Assembly (NCBI GenBank): GCA_030390025.1
Contig: CM059433.1
Span: 20,400,001-20,464,000, forward strand
Direction: 5' to 3'
Origin: Squalus acanthias
Lineage: Eukaryota
DNA length: 64,000 bases
The notes under the pieces are model-generated. The model saw only the letters and a list, made by a program, of their open reading frames with translations, searched no databases and was not told the DNA's origin. Below are positions 24,080 to 36,064 of the stretch, in pieces. Position numbers and translations under genes: made by a program. Each line of letters opens with the position of its first letter. The stretch's first letter is position 1.

Positions 24080-25021
24080 AAGTGCGAATTGATAAAAGGC
24101 AGCGATGTCAATGTCGCCTCTGGGACCTCATGAACATCGTGCCCAATGGTCTCTCTGCTTAACCAATGAACGAAAAAGATAGAGCAAGAAACAGAGCGAA
24201 CGGCAGGGAAGGAAATAGCGTGAATTAGTCAAATTAGACACAGAAAAAGAAATAAAGAGAAAGAAAAAAATAGAGTGGATTATGAGAGAGAGAAAAGAGA
24301 GATAGAAAGAAAAAGTAAGAAAAGAATTCAAAAAGAACAAGCAGAAGAAGAGGACATTGTAACCCAGGTGTGTTTGGGAATTGTTGTATTGGTCCTTGAG
24401 GTGTTAACAATGAGTCAATGGCAGGGTAGGTGTGCGGGATGTACAAACATTCTTACTCATATACTGTAGCCCAAAATTATTTTCTGAAAGGAAATCTATC
24501 TAATTTGCATTTCTGAGTGTCAAAACAGTTTTGCATCCTGAAAATAATTGCCTTCCGACAACTAACAGGAGTGTGGATGGCACGAATGGCATAAATTTTA
24601 AAAATTTGACAGATTTTAAAAAAGGTTAAAAAACCTCTAGGAACAATTAACTACCTGCTGGAGTGAGACTCCACAGCTTCATTTGTTTCCTTTCTGGGCC
24701 TCCAAGGTTGAATGTCATGTCAGGACCGTTAATCACATCATTAACAGAGTCCTTACACATGAATTGCCAGCCCTAAATGGCTGTGGCGAGATTATTTTGC
24801 ATTTATGGCACAAATCCAGCAATTTCATAACACGCAATGATTTCAATGGGGAGGCTCACGGCGAGGTTGCGGGTTTTTCGTTTTTGTCAAGGCGAATGGC
24901 AGAGCGGCGCAAATCGTCCAGCAATTTGTGGAGAATCGGAACTCATGGTGTACCTCTTCTTCGCCACAAATGGCTAGACTTTTTGTGAACTAATAATGGC
25001 GGGCACCGTTAATTCTGGGCC
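24080..25021 (-). mobile_element. Harbinger-like MITE (family of 53683), interrupted at about 24330-24595
   Basis: Ends AATTCTGGGCC; reverse-complement similarity to 53683-54310 (CTGTGGAGTCTCACTCC.GCAGGTAG and the purine tract). Confidence 0.8.
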
Positions 25022-25026
25022 AATAA

Positions 25027-25654
25027 TGTACTTTTAGACCATAATATGTTGAAATAGCTAATCAATGTTTTGATTATTGAATAGACAGTACTTTATAAGG
25101 AAGTAGCCTGAAGAAACAAATAAGATAGTGTTGGAATGCTCGTGGAAAATGCTGAGGTCTGTGGGATGGCTCCTAGAGTTCAACAGCCTTTAGAGTCGGA
25201 AAGGTAGTTGATGATTACCAGTGCTGATTGCAGGGTCATTAACAGCCATCTGTGCAGACAGGTGTAATAAAGTTCATTGGAAAGCTGGAAAACAGAAGGG
25301 AATTACAGCAGAGTTGTCACATAGCAATGATAAGAAAGGGTATAAAGGGAGAGAGTCTACAGCGAGACAAGGAGCTACGACACATCCTCCACAGAAGACC
25401 GAGGCCGCAGCAGCCCTAGCTCCTGGAACAGAGGTAATCACAGTGTTTTGTTGGTAAGGTTGCCCTGTAGCAGAAATGTAGCACAGTGTCCTCTTAATGC
25501 CATGGTCATGCTATTGCTTTGCCGGTACTTGAAGTCTATCATAAATAAAGATTAAAGTGACTTTAAAAAAATTATACGTGAAGTTGAGTCTGAATCATCT
25601 GGTCTAAACCTAAATTATAGTTGGAGACACAGTACATATTATTTTGGCTAAAAT
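25027..25654 (+). mobile_element. Putative retroviral 5' LTR (U3-R-U5)
   Basis: TATAAA 25341-25346, AG|GTAATC donor at 25434, AATAAA 25544-25549, directly followed by a PBS; 5' boundary uncertain. Confidence 0.65.
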
Positions 25655-25672
25655 TGGTGCCCAAACAGGGAC
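25655..25672 (+). promoter_or_regulatory. Primer-binding site complementary to tRNA-Lys(UUU)
   Basis: TGGTGCCCAAACAGGGAC vs canonical TGGCGCCCGAACAGGGAC: 16/18, both differences are CpG deaminations; the match stops at 18 nt. Confidence 0.8.
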
Positions 25673-26817
25673 CTCAGACGGCAAATCCCCATCGCAGGGT
25701 ACGGGGGTGGGGGGGGGGTCACAATCCAGTGTCTTGTAGGAGGGAGTCAGGTAGGTGTTTGTTACCTGGGTAATGGTGGTCAATACTCATGGCCATGTGA
25801 CTCATGTTTGTCTGAGTTATGCTGGGGTCATAATTTTGTTCTGCGGAGTCCTTTAGGGAAGAGTGATCATAACATGTTAGAATTCTTCATCAAGATGGAA
25901 AGTGAAGGAGTCCAATCCGAAGCTCGGGTCCTAAATCTAAACAAAGGAAACTATGAAAGTATGAGGAGTGAGTTGGCTATGATAGATTGGGGAGCTTCAT
26001 TAAAAGGCATGACGGTGGATAGGCAATGGCTAACATTTAAGGAATGAATGCATGAATTGCAACAGTTATACATTCCTTTCTGGCACAAAAACACAAAAGG
26101 AAAAGCGGCCCAACCATGGCTAACAAAAGAAATTAAGGATAGTATTAGATTCAAAGAGGAGTCATATAAAGTTGCCAGAAAAAGTAGCAAGCCTGAGGAT
26201 TGGGAGCAGTTTAGAGTTCAGCAAAAAAGGACCAAGAGATTGATTAAGAGAGGAAAAATAGAGTATGAGAGTAAACTTGCAAGGAACATAAAAGCGGACT
26301 GTAAAAGCTTCTACAAGTATGTAAAAAGAAAAAGATTAGTGAAGACAAATGTAGGTCCCTTACAGTCAGAAACAGGAGAATTTATAATGGAAAACAATGA
26401 AATGGCAGAGCAATTAAACAAATACTTTGGTTCTGTCTTCACGGACTAACGTCCCAGAAATGCGAGGGAACCAAGGGTCTAGTGAGAAGGAGGAATTAAA
26501 GGAAATTAGTATTACTAAAAAACTAGTGCTGGAGAAATTAATGGGACTGGAAGTCAATAAATCCCCAGGGCCTGATAATCTGCATACCAGAGTACTAAAA
26601 GAGGTAGCCATGGAAATAGTGGATGCATTGGTTGTCATCTTCCAAAATTCTATAGATTATGGAACAGTAGCTGCAGATTGGAGGGTGGCAAATGTAATCC
26701 CACTATTTAAAAAATGAGGGAGAGAGAAAACGGGGAACTACAGACCAGAATAGCCTAACATCAGTATTAGGGAAAATGCTAGAGTCTATTATAAAGGATG
26801 TGATAACAAGACACTTA

Positions 26818-27706
26818 GGGGGAGAAATTCAGTATCGACCCATTTGGGGTGCAATTATCGGCCGGGCGCAAAGATTAGCGCCTGGCGCTAATTATCGCCT
26901 CCGACTGCAAACTTGACTTTTATCGCCCCTGGAGGTGATTGGAGCGCTAAATCAGGCGCTACACATCTGTCTTAAGGTGCAAAGGCCGAGGAGCGAGGCG
27001 CTAACTCAGAGCGCTGGCGAAGCTCATGTGATGTCAGTCAGCAATGGAACACAGACACAATGGCGCCGGCCAGTTCTTAAAGGGGAGGGATGATCTTGCT
27101 TTCCATCCACATCCTGCTCATTGCAGCCTTGAATCTCGGCCTGGAGAGACCTGTACATCAAATCTGCTGGAAAGAACAATGGAGAGTACCAGGGAAAGAG
27201 CTCAGAGTGCAACCCCCACAATCTCTTCTAAATCGATACAAGGGCAAATCAAAATGAACCTGCAAAGTGCTGCTCAGTACCCAAAACTCCTTCACACAGT
27301 GTTGAATCTCTCCAGAAGTCTCTCTCTCTCTCTCTCAGAATGCGTGGTTCAAAAATGTCAGCAACAAAAAAAGGCAGGAAGTGGTCGCCTTTAAATAGCG
27401 CTCCCCCAGTCCCTTCCTGACTGCAAAACGCTCCCCTCAACCTGTCGTTGCTAGCGGCAGGCGGTAAGGCAGGGGGCGCCACTGAATATCCGCTCCGGGG
27501 TGCTACCGGGGCATTGCGCACTCGACTGACGTCACGATCTGCTGGCGCAGGAGATCGTGGCGGTAGTGTTTAGCGCCGCCGCAAAATGTCTCGTTAATTG
27601 CGCGAGCGGTGCAAACATCGCCGCACCCGGGTGCTAGTTGCTTTGCGCCCCATTAGCGCCCTCTTAAGGCGCTAACGGGAGGCGCAACCAACTGAATTTT
27701 TCCCCC
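26818..27706. mobile_element. PIF/Harbinger-like MITE
   Basis: TIRs GGGGGAGAAATTCAGT / ACTGAATTTTTCCCCC, TTA TSD on both sides; CR1 codons HL-EN rejoin when it is removed. Confidence 0.92.
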
Positions 27707-28234
27707 TTAGAAAATAAAATGGGATTAGACAAAGTCAACTTGGATTTATGAAAGGGAAATCGTGTTTGACAAATCTACTGGAGTTTTTTGAGGATGTAAC
27801 TGGTAGAATAGATAAGGGAGAACCAGTGGATGTGGTGTATTTGGATTTTCAGAAGGCCTTTGATAAAGTCCCATATAAGAGGTTATTGTGCAAAATTAAA
27901 GCACATGGGATTGGGGGTAATAAACTGGCATGGATTGAAAATTGGTTAACAGACAGGAAACAGAGAGTAGGAATAAATGGGTCTTTTTCAGGGAGGCAGG
28001 CGGTGACTAGTGGGGTACCGCAGGGATCAGTGCTTGGGCCCCAGCTATTCACAATATATATCACTGATTTGGATGAGGGAACCAAATGTCCAAGTTTGCT
28101 GACGACACAAAACTAGGTGGGACTGAGTTGTGAGGAGGATGCAAAGAGGCTTCAAGGTGATTTAGACAAGTTGAGTGAGTTGGCAAATACAGGGCAGATG
28201 CAGTATAATGTGGATAAATGTGAAGTTATCCACT

Positions 28235-28671
28235 TGGGTCGATTGGGCTTATACTCGCTGGAGTATAGAAGAATGAGAGGGGATCTCATCGAAACATATA
28301 AAATTCTGACAGGTCTGGACAAACGAGATGCAGGAAAAATGTTCCCGATGGTCGGAGAGTCCAGAACCAGGGGTCATAATCTAACGATAACGGGTAAGCC
28401 ATTTAGGACAGAAATGAGGAAGAATTTCTTCACCCAGAGAGTGGTGAACCTGTGGAATTCTCTACCACAGAAGGTAGTTGAGGCCAAGTCATTAAATATA
28501 TTCAAGAATGAGTTAGATATATTTCTTAAAGCTAAAGGTATCAAGGGATATGGGGAGAAGGCAGATACAGGGTACTGAGTTTGGATGATCAGCCATGATC
28601 TCATCGAATGGCGGAGCAGGCTCGAGGGGCCGAATGGCCTACTCCTTCTCCTATCTTCTATGTTTCTATGT
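28235..28671 (+). mobile_element. CR1 3' fragment inserted into the host CR1
   Basis: Jumps from VIH to GRLGLYSLE and ends in a TTCTATGT tail; the host resumes FGRKNRK. Confidence 0.88.
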
Positions 28672-29459
28672 TTCGGTAGGAAAAACAGAAAGGCAGAGTA
28701 TTATTTAAATGGTGATAGATTGGGAAATGTTGATGTACCGAGGGACCTGGGTGTCCTTGTACACCAGTCACTGAAAGCAAACATGCAGGTGCAGCAAACA
28801 GTTAGGAAGGCAAATGGTATGTTGGCCTTCATTGCAAGAGGATTTGAGTACAGGAGCAAGGATGTCTTACTAGTTATACAGGGCCTTGGTGAGACCACAC
28901 CTGGAGTACTGTGTGCAATTTTGGTCTCCTTACCTAAGAAAGGATATACTTGCCATAGAGGGAGCGCAGCACAGGTTCACCAGACTGATTCCTGGGATGG
29001 CAGGACTGTCGTATGAGGAGAGATTGGGTCGACTAGGCCTGTATTCACTAGAGTTTAGAAGAATGAGAGGGGATCTCATTGAAACGTATACATTTTTGAC
29101 AGGGCTAGACAGACTGGATTCAGGGAGGATGTTTCTCCTGGCTGGGGGGTCTAGAACAAGGGGTCACAGCCTCAGGATATGGGGTAGGACATTTAGGAAT
29201 GAGATGAGGAGAAATTTCTTCACTCAGAGGGTGGTGAACCTGTGGAATTCTCTACCACAGAAGGCTGTGGAGGCCAAGTCACTGAATATATTTAAGAAGG
29301 AGATAGATTTCTAGAAAAAGGGGTATGGGGAGAGAGCGGGAATATGGTATTGAGATAGAAGATCAGCCATGATCATATTGAATGGCAGAGCAGGTTCAAA
29401 GGGCCAAATGGCCTACTCCTGCTCCTATTTTTCTGTGTTTCTTTCTATGTTTCTATACA

Positions 29460-30240
29460 TAGCGGGCAAGCTGTTGCACCAGAACAGGTTGCTGGTGCTC
29501 ATCAGGGTAACGTAAGCTCTTATACATCAATTGCTATTTGTAAATGATTGTGCACTGGAGGAAAATATCCAGGTACTCAAAACATATTCTTGACAGCAGC
29601 AAAGAGCTATGGTCTTGCCGTTAGCCTCTGGCATCGGAAAAACCATCCTAATCCCTCATCAGCCGCACGGGGGTGATAACTGCGGCTAAGGTCACATATT
29701 TGGGAAGTGCACTCCCTGATGTTGCGCTCGGGGACAGGAGGTACAAGCAAATATTAGGATGGCTTAGTATGAGCCGGCGTGGCAACATCATAAAGACCGA
29801 CTGGAGGTCTATGATGTAGTCACACTCCCAACTTTCTTGTGCAACTATGAGGCATGGGCCTGCTACAGGCTCCACACAAAATTAACTTAGCAAATTGCAG
29901 ATGCATTGCCTGCAATCGAGACAACACATCAGAGGACAAGACAAGACAAGATTATTCATGGAAGTTGTGAAGTGAGTAAATAGTGCCAATGTAGAAGGTA
30001 GGCTCAACAAAACAGCTTTGTTGGGACATTCATGCATTCGGCTGCTTAGACAGCAGGCCTTTGAAACAAGTGTTCTACTGTGAACTGTAAAATGGCATGT
30101 GATCCTGCGATGGCAGAAGAAATGGTGCAGAGTCACTTTGAAAATGAGCCTGAAGGCGTGCAAAATCTCCACTGATGTCTAACAAGAGTTGGCAGTAAGT
30201 TGGCCTCAATAGCATATCAAAATGAGCATGCTGGTGTCTC
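29460..30240 (+). mobile_element. Ancient RTE-clade LINE, RT C-terminal part (fossil)
   Basis: LIHQLLFVNDCAL (decayed FADD box), AAKSYGLAVS, TYLGS, RPLKQVFYCEL, TLKMSLKACKI. Confidence 0.75.
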
Positions 30241-30281
30241 ATTTCAAAAACAAATGCCTGTATGGGTTGAGCAGAAGCAAT

Positions 30282-31109
30282 GGGCTGGATTTTGTGAATG
30301 GAGACATGCTGGAGGCGGGACTGCTGCTTGTCGGGTCTCAGTCCCGCCTCCATCATGTTCTGGCCAACCAACGGGATTTTCCCCTGATTGACCTTGTTAA
30401 GACCGCCCTGCGGGCTCAGCAGGCCAATTAGGGAGGAAGTCACTGACAGAGCACGTCAACGTCTGACGTGCCATCTGTCAAGACTTCTTGAAAGAAGAAA
30501 TGTCAGCGTTTGACAGCTCTGTGAAGCTGTCAAACACTGACATTCTGTGTAGTTTGATGAGTCCTTGTGTTCAGGACTCATCAAACCTTTCAACTTTGTT
30601 GAAAGCAGATGACTGTTGGTTCAGAGGATCCAACAGCCAGTCTGTGAAATCTACAACGAAGATGTCGGGACTCCGGAACCACAGCGGCTGAAGGCTGTAG
30701 GCAGAAACAAAGGTAAGTGAACATTTTCTATCACTTAACACTCACCTCACATACTTACCACTCCACACTTGCACCCATCACTCACCTCTACATCTCACTT
30801 TCAGGCCCCTCCGACCCCCGCAGACCTCCTACTCGACTCCTCCAACCCGGCGGGGTTCTCCGAGGTCGGGAAGCCTTCACCTGAAAAGGTAAAATGGGAC
30901 TAATCCTTTTTTCAAGGCAGTTAAAAGGATTTAATCCCTTTCCCGCCTCAAGGAGACGGGACCCGGGGCAGGACGGCTTCCCGCCTCCTGGCGGAAGGGC
31001 ACGGAGGCGGGATGGGGGGGCGGGTTTGCCATCCGGCCCCCACTTTCTGCAACTTTACCGGCAGTCCCGCCTCCCTACCCGCCTCCTCGAGGCTGAGAAA
31101 ATCCAGCCC
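30282..31109. mobile_element. PIF/Harbinger-like MITE
   Basis: Perfect 12-bp TIR GGGCTGGATTTT, AAT TSD on both sides. Confidence 0.92.
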
Positions 31110-31845
31110 AATGGCCGCAACACCCAGCCCTTCCCATAGTGTAACCATTTCAAGAAGAGCTGTGACATCAGGCTCATCACTGAACTTCTACTCTCAACAT
31201 GTGGTGCGATTTACTGCCACAATTTTTCTTCAGAACTTCCAAGGGTAGAGTGCTTCCTCAGAGCTGGTCCCTCTCCGCTGGCGTTATTCTTCCCCCCGCA
31301 CTGCGGCAGAAACCGCGCTTACGCTTATAAACAGGGTGTCCAGCGCACTTCCGCCAGTAGCACCAATGGAGCGGGAGCAGATCCGAGGAATTTCCCAGCC
31401 AGGGTGTCTGAGCAATAACAAACCTTCCCCAGGCGTTAGTGGAGATTCTGCACGCCTTATGGTTGTTTATCAAAGTGTTTGCTGCAGTCATCCTTAAGAC
31501 AAGTAACAATCATAAACGTCTCGCTTTACTGTCACTTACACAGCAGGGCTGCTTCAGATAATGGATAGAAAATAGTTTGTTGTTACTCGTTGGAAATTCA
31601 CGGATTGTTCGTTTCCTCAATTTTAAGCTTATGTATTGTCAGTTTTTCCAAATAAGCACTTGTCGCCACTCTGCTGTACTAGAATATGAAACAAAAGAGT
31701 TTGATTGACCTTGTGATTGAGCACAGCATTATAACTGAACACTGCTTGCATAACAACTAAATTACAGCACGAATTCTTTTTGTGATACAGTTTTACCGTT
31801 GTACAATTCTTCTTTCCTGAAAAAGAAGCGAGTCAGATGGTTGCA

Positions 31846-32330
31846 GTGGAACTTTTAACCTGGGATCAGTTGGAACCCCACCTGCCCGGCAGAAACTGGG
31901 TGTGCGGGCAGTTAAAAACAAACAAGCGGGAAACGCGACCCTTTTGTGCCATTTCCCATTTTAACCTGCAGAATTCTGCCGGCCAATGAGGTGTCCGCTT
32001 AAAGCAATGTTAAAGGGGGGGGACGGTCTTCATTAATTTGTGCAAGTTACGTCAAAGATTGTATTGTAACCAGGGCCTGAGCAGGGATCCCACTGCCACT
32101 TTCCCGCCAGGCTAAAGCACATCTGCAGCTGGTCTGTAAACAAAAACGGCCCCTCCGAGGTCAGTGCCAAACTTTTCTTCATGGGGTCAGGAGTGCTCCT
32201 ACAGGCTCCCGCAAGGAAAGTCGCGACTTCCCCTACCCCAGACATACTTTATCTCTCCCTTCCCCGAGACCAGCCCGACCTGCTCACCGGCAAGCCGTTC
32301 TTCAGTGCCGGCCAGTAGTTCCACATAAAC
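31846..32330. mobile_element. Probable decayed GC-rich MITE
   Basis: TTTTAAC / GTTAAAA sub-terminal motifs and GC-rich arms like 410-1270; no clear TIR pair. Confidence 0.35.
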
Positions 32331-33075
32331 GTCGACAGATTGTCAGCCCGGCTCCCGTGGTACACCACTGGCCTTCATCAATTTGCGTCTGAAACTGCCT
32401 TGCATCAACCAAACCAGGTGTACAAGTGTCTATTATACAGAGCTGTTATTGGCAAACTGCATTTTCGAGTAACGTGAAGGGAGGTTGAGAGTATTTATAA
32501 TGAGAGCAGAATGATTTACCTGGCCCGACAGATCGAATTGCTGTACACTCCTGGGCCAGTGAAAGGCTGCACGTTTCTTGTGCAACTAATAATGTCATTT
32601 GAAAGACTTGGGCAATTTTAAGAGATGAATTGAGATGCAAAAGCCTTGTCATCAGCAGAAATGCAATTGTACCATCACAGCAGAGAATTTCTGCATCTAC
32701 TCCACTAGGTTTCTATTCACTTGCAAATCTGAGCACAGTTCAGAAAGTCTTTTATTGCTCACACTGCAACAAATATAATGAGAAATGCTGGTCAGTGAAA
32801 AGGTGGCTTAACACTAAGTGAGACTCTCCCCTTTGTATTTCTGTGAAACACCAAAGGTTTATTTGGACGCGATATTAAAATCAATATGCTCGGTCACATT
32901 CCATATGGAGCCTCCCATGTTAATTGTGTGCACATCCTGTTTTGTTTGTAATTGCCTTTGATGCCTGCAGGAGGCACTGCAATGGGCTTTTCCCATGGAG
33001 AACACTCAGCTCTTTGTCACTTCAGTCTCGCAAGTCTCGGCAATTCCCCATCAGAAAGCTGGGTTTGAGTCAGCC

Positions 33076-33109
33076 TGCAGTTTCAGGCTCTGGCCACCAG
33101 GTGGCTCTG
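33076..33109 (+). promoter_or_regulatory. Predicted CTCF site with upstream motif
   Basis: TGCAGTTTC-(6 bp)-TGGCCACCAGGTGGCTCTG. Confidence 0.6.
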
Positions 33110-33434
33110 CAGCAATTTTGCGCCCCCCGCCCGCCCTCAATCTCCTTGACTGCGTAGCAGTGACTCTCGGCACTCCAGCTTTTTTGAACCTTTGTCTTTT
33201 TAATTTTGTTTTAATTAATTCGCAACAGACAATCCCGTCCCAAAATTACATTCCCACAGCCAATAGAGATGTAACTGTGGCACCTCCTATCCTCCCCAGA
33301 TCACTGGCCTCTCTCCCAATTCCCCGACTGTCTGCTTGCTTGCCATCACTTGGCTCTCAGCCAACCCTCTGCATCCAAATGTTATCTCATTTTTTATATG
33401 GCTTATCTATCCGTCCCCATCACCAATGTGTTTC

Positions 33435-33653
33435 ACAAATGTGAGAAGTCGCACAACACCAGGTTATAGTCCAGCAGTTTTATTTGAAATCACAAGCTTT
33501 CGGAGCGCTGCTCCTTCGTCAGGTGACTTCACCTGACAAAGGAGCAGCGCTCCGAAAGCTTGTGATTTCAAATAAAACTGTTGGACTATAACCTGGTGTT
33601 GTGCGACTTCTCACATTTGTCCACCCCAGTCCAACACCGGCATCTCCACATCA
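33435..33653. mobile_element. Palindromic Penelope family A mini-insertion with two back-to-back hammerhead motifs
   Basis: About 92-bp inverted arms (33435-33620) plus tail CCGGCATCTCCACATCA; hammerheads at 33490-33526 (-, intact CTGACGA) and 33529-33565 (+, CTGACAA); TSD-like CAATGTGTTTCACAA / CAATGTATTTTACAA. Confidence 0.88.
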
Positions 33654-33909
33654 ATGTATTTTACAACCGCCTTAGAAATGTCGCTTCCCTGCTGTTCCCT
33701 TATTGTTTCAGTCTAGATAATCCTTTCCCCCCTTCCCACACCCACTGGCCAGTCTACCAGTTGCCAATGCATTTGCCATATTCACCCTTGATAATCGCTC
33801 CCCCTTCCCACCAACCCCACTCCCCCCGCCCACCTCCAGCCAGCCTGCCAGTTGCCAATCATGGAAATGATTATTGAAATATGGTGGTGGTCTCCTTTCG
33901 GGAAATAAT

Positions 33910-35644
33910 GGCTGGAATTTTGCCTACCTGGGCGGGTCCGGTGCGGGCGGTGTCCGTGGGAGGTCGCGACCCTGCTGCTGGCTCCATCCCGCTGTTGAAA
34001 ATGAACTTAAGTTAATCGAGCCTGTTAAGCCCCGCCCAGCGCGTTACCCGGCACAATGAGATGGAGCGGGTCGGGTGATGTCATTCATGACGTGTTTTCA
34101 GCCGGGATCTTTAAAAGGACCATGGCCACATTAGATTTGAAGTTTAATCTCACATAGTGCTGTCAGTGCACTCCAGCATTGGAGTGCTGCAAACACTGAC
34201 AATTTCTGCACAGAGGCAGAGGGCTGCACCCAGGTTCTCCCATGACTCCCGCCATAAGGGAAGGAGTCTGAGCACGCAGGGAGTTCCTCCTCCCTTCCGA
34301 CGGGTGGAAGAGACCTCCCCAGGAGACCAAGGTTGCAGATTACACAGGAGGTCACAAGCAGGGATGTGGTCAGGAGGACCTGGGTGGAGTGCCGCAAACG
34401 TTTCAATGCTCTCAGTAGATCGTACAAAGCCACACTCAACTGCATCCTCCTGTGCTTCTCATCACATCCCCATCACTCTGCCTTCCCTACCCTACTCCTG
34501 CACATCCTTACTCACACCAACATACCTTGCAACTCCACCCATCCCTCTCTATCTACATTATCACATCCCCATCTCACTAGCCACCCCTCAAACTCACCCT
34601 CATCCTTGTGCAGTCATGCCAACTAACAACACACTTGTGTGTTTTATCCAATGTTTATGTAAAGTTTCTGTTAATGTGGTGTCAAACATAAAAATCTTTA
34701 TTTTCAACATTTTCCAGTCTTGGACAGATTTGTGTGCACCTTTGGAAGTAGCTTAGTGAGTTACAGTGAATGGTGAGACATAACGGTACCGCCCGCAATG
34801 GTGATGAGTGTGAAAGGAATGGCTTGGTCATTGTAGGGATACTTTATGGTGTTGGTGTGGGGTGGTACCAACCTGGCACATCATGTGGCAGCCATATGGG
34901 TGTACAGTGTAAAGTTAACTAAATCTGGCCATGGTGAGGCCATCCCAGGCCTCCCGGGCAGCAATATGGTTGGGTGCTGATGCCCTCTGTCCTGTGCAGC
35001 ATCAGGTGATTGTGGAGAAGGTTGGTGTTATTGTTGGTGTGCCTGGTGCTGCTGGTGTTGGGGCTCATTGTGGTCAGATTCTGAGGTCCAAGATGAGACA
35101 GTATAAACGACACCCATGCTGATGGAATAGATGGCAGGTGAAGTACAGATGACAGAAGCATTCTGTCAATGGTGAGAGAGTTCTTCCAATGAGGTGAGAC
35201 TGGATGGAGACTTTGCTGGAAACACTTGCAGCCTGCAGAATCTGTGCTGGAAATGGACTGAGCAACAGCTTCTGCCTGAGGAAAGTGATCATCTGTCAGA
35301 TGGGAGCTTTTACTGTACATTTCATGCTGTCAAGTAATCAGCTGGAACAATGGCCACTGAACTCCCGCCTCAGGTTGACAGATGTGCTCCCCGAGCTACG
35401 TGAATCCTGTGGCCATGCAGGCAAATTTAAAAAGTAAGTGGAAAAAGGCTCTTAGATGCCTGTAAACTACCTGGTAATGATTTCAATTGGGTCACCCGTC
35501 GCTGCCGGTCGGATTGGCTCCGCGTTGACAGACGCGCCTGGGGGAAAGGCGCGTGGGAGCGAGATGACCCGCTGTCAAAAATAACACAGTTCCCACCCGA
35601 CCTGCCACCAATCACGCCCGCTACCACCCTGGAAAATTCCGGCC
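33910..35644. mobile_element. Internally deleted Harbinger transposon
   Basis: TIRs GGCTGGAATTTTGC / GGAAAATTCCGGCC, AAT TSD; Myb/SANT remnant on + and a probable transposase 5' remnant on - (ATG at 35117). Confidence 0.9.
34215..34420 (+). pseudogene. Harbinger Myb/SANT-like (trihelix) DNA-binding protein remnant
   Basis: RAAPRFSHDS ... ITQEVTSRDVVRRTWVECRKRFNALSRS, frameshifted. Confidence 0.8.
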
Positions 35645-35769
35645 AATGTTTACATAACCACACCTTAGTGAATTTAGGATCCCCCTCCAAAGTAGCTACC
35701 CATCCCCCGCCCCATGCTGGGCAAAGTATTTTGTGCGCCCCCCCCACCCTCCCCACTGCTGAAGTACTT

Positions 35770-36036
35770 TTTCCAAGTCCCTCCTCTCCGTCCCTCGCCC
35801 CCTCCCTTCACACCTCCTTCACCGCTCCTTTTCCCTTTCCTCTCTCCGCCATCTCCTTCCTCCCCAACTCCTTCACCTACCCCTCTCCTTTCATCCCTTC
35901 CAGTCCTACCCGCCCTGGACCCTTCCTGCTGCTGTCCTTTCTTTTCCTTGTGCGTTATACCTCGCCCTTCATCCGACCTCCTTCCTCCTCTTGCCCTTCC
36001 TCCCATTCCACTCCTCCACTTTCCCTCCCTCCCACC
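35770..36036. repeat. Pyrimidine-rich low-complexity tract
   Basis: Almost entirely C/T on the + strand. Confidence 0.8.
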
Positions 36037-36064
36037 TTGGTCCAATTATCCCCGGCTCTCCAGT

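Larger units (their letters stand above)
25831..29455 (+). mobile_element. Long CR1 LINE (endonuclease tail, RT, 3' UTR) with a nested MITE and a nested CR1 fragment
   Basis: [54 protein letters not shown] with stops and frameshifts; (TTTCTATG)n tail. Confidence 0.95.

Noticed and set aside
24465..24480. TGTAGCCCAAAATTAT as the 5' inverted end of the LTR
   Set aside because: It resembles the reverse complement of the LTR 3' end, but it lies inside the interruption of the 24080-25021 MITE and overlaps a small separate hairpin; the nesting order does not fit.
25655..25672. tRNA-Lys gene or pseudogene on the minus strand
   Set aside because: Similarity ends after 18 nt, with no T-loop or cloverleaf.
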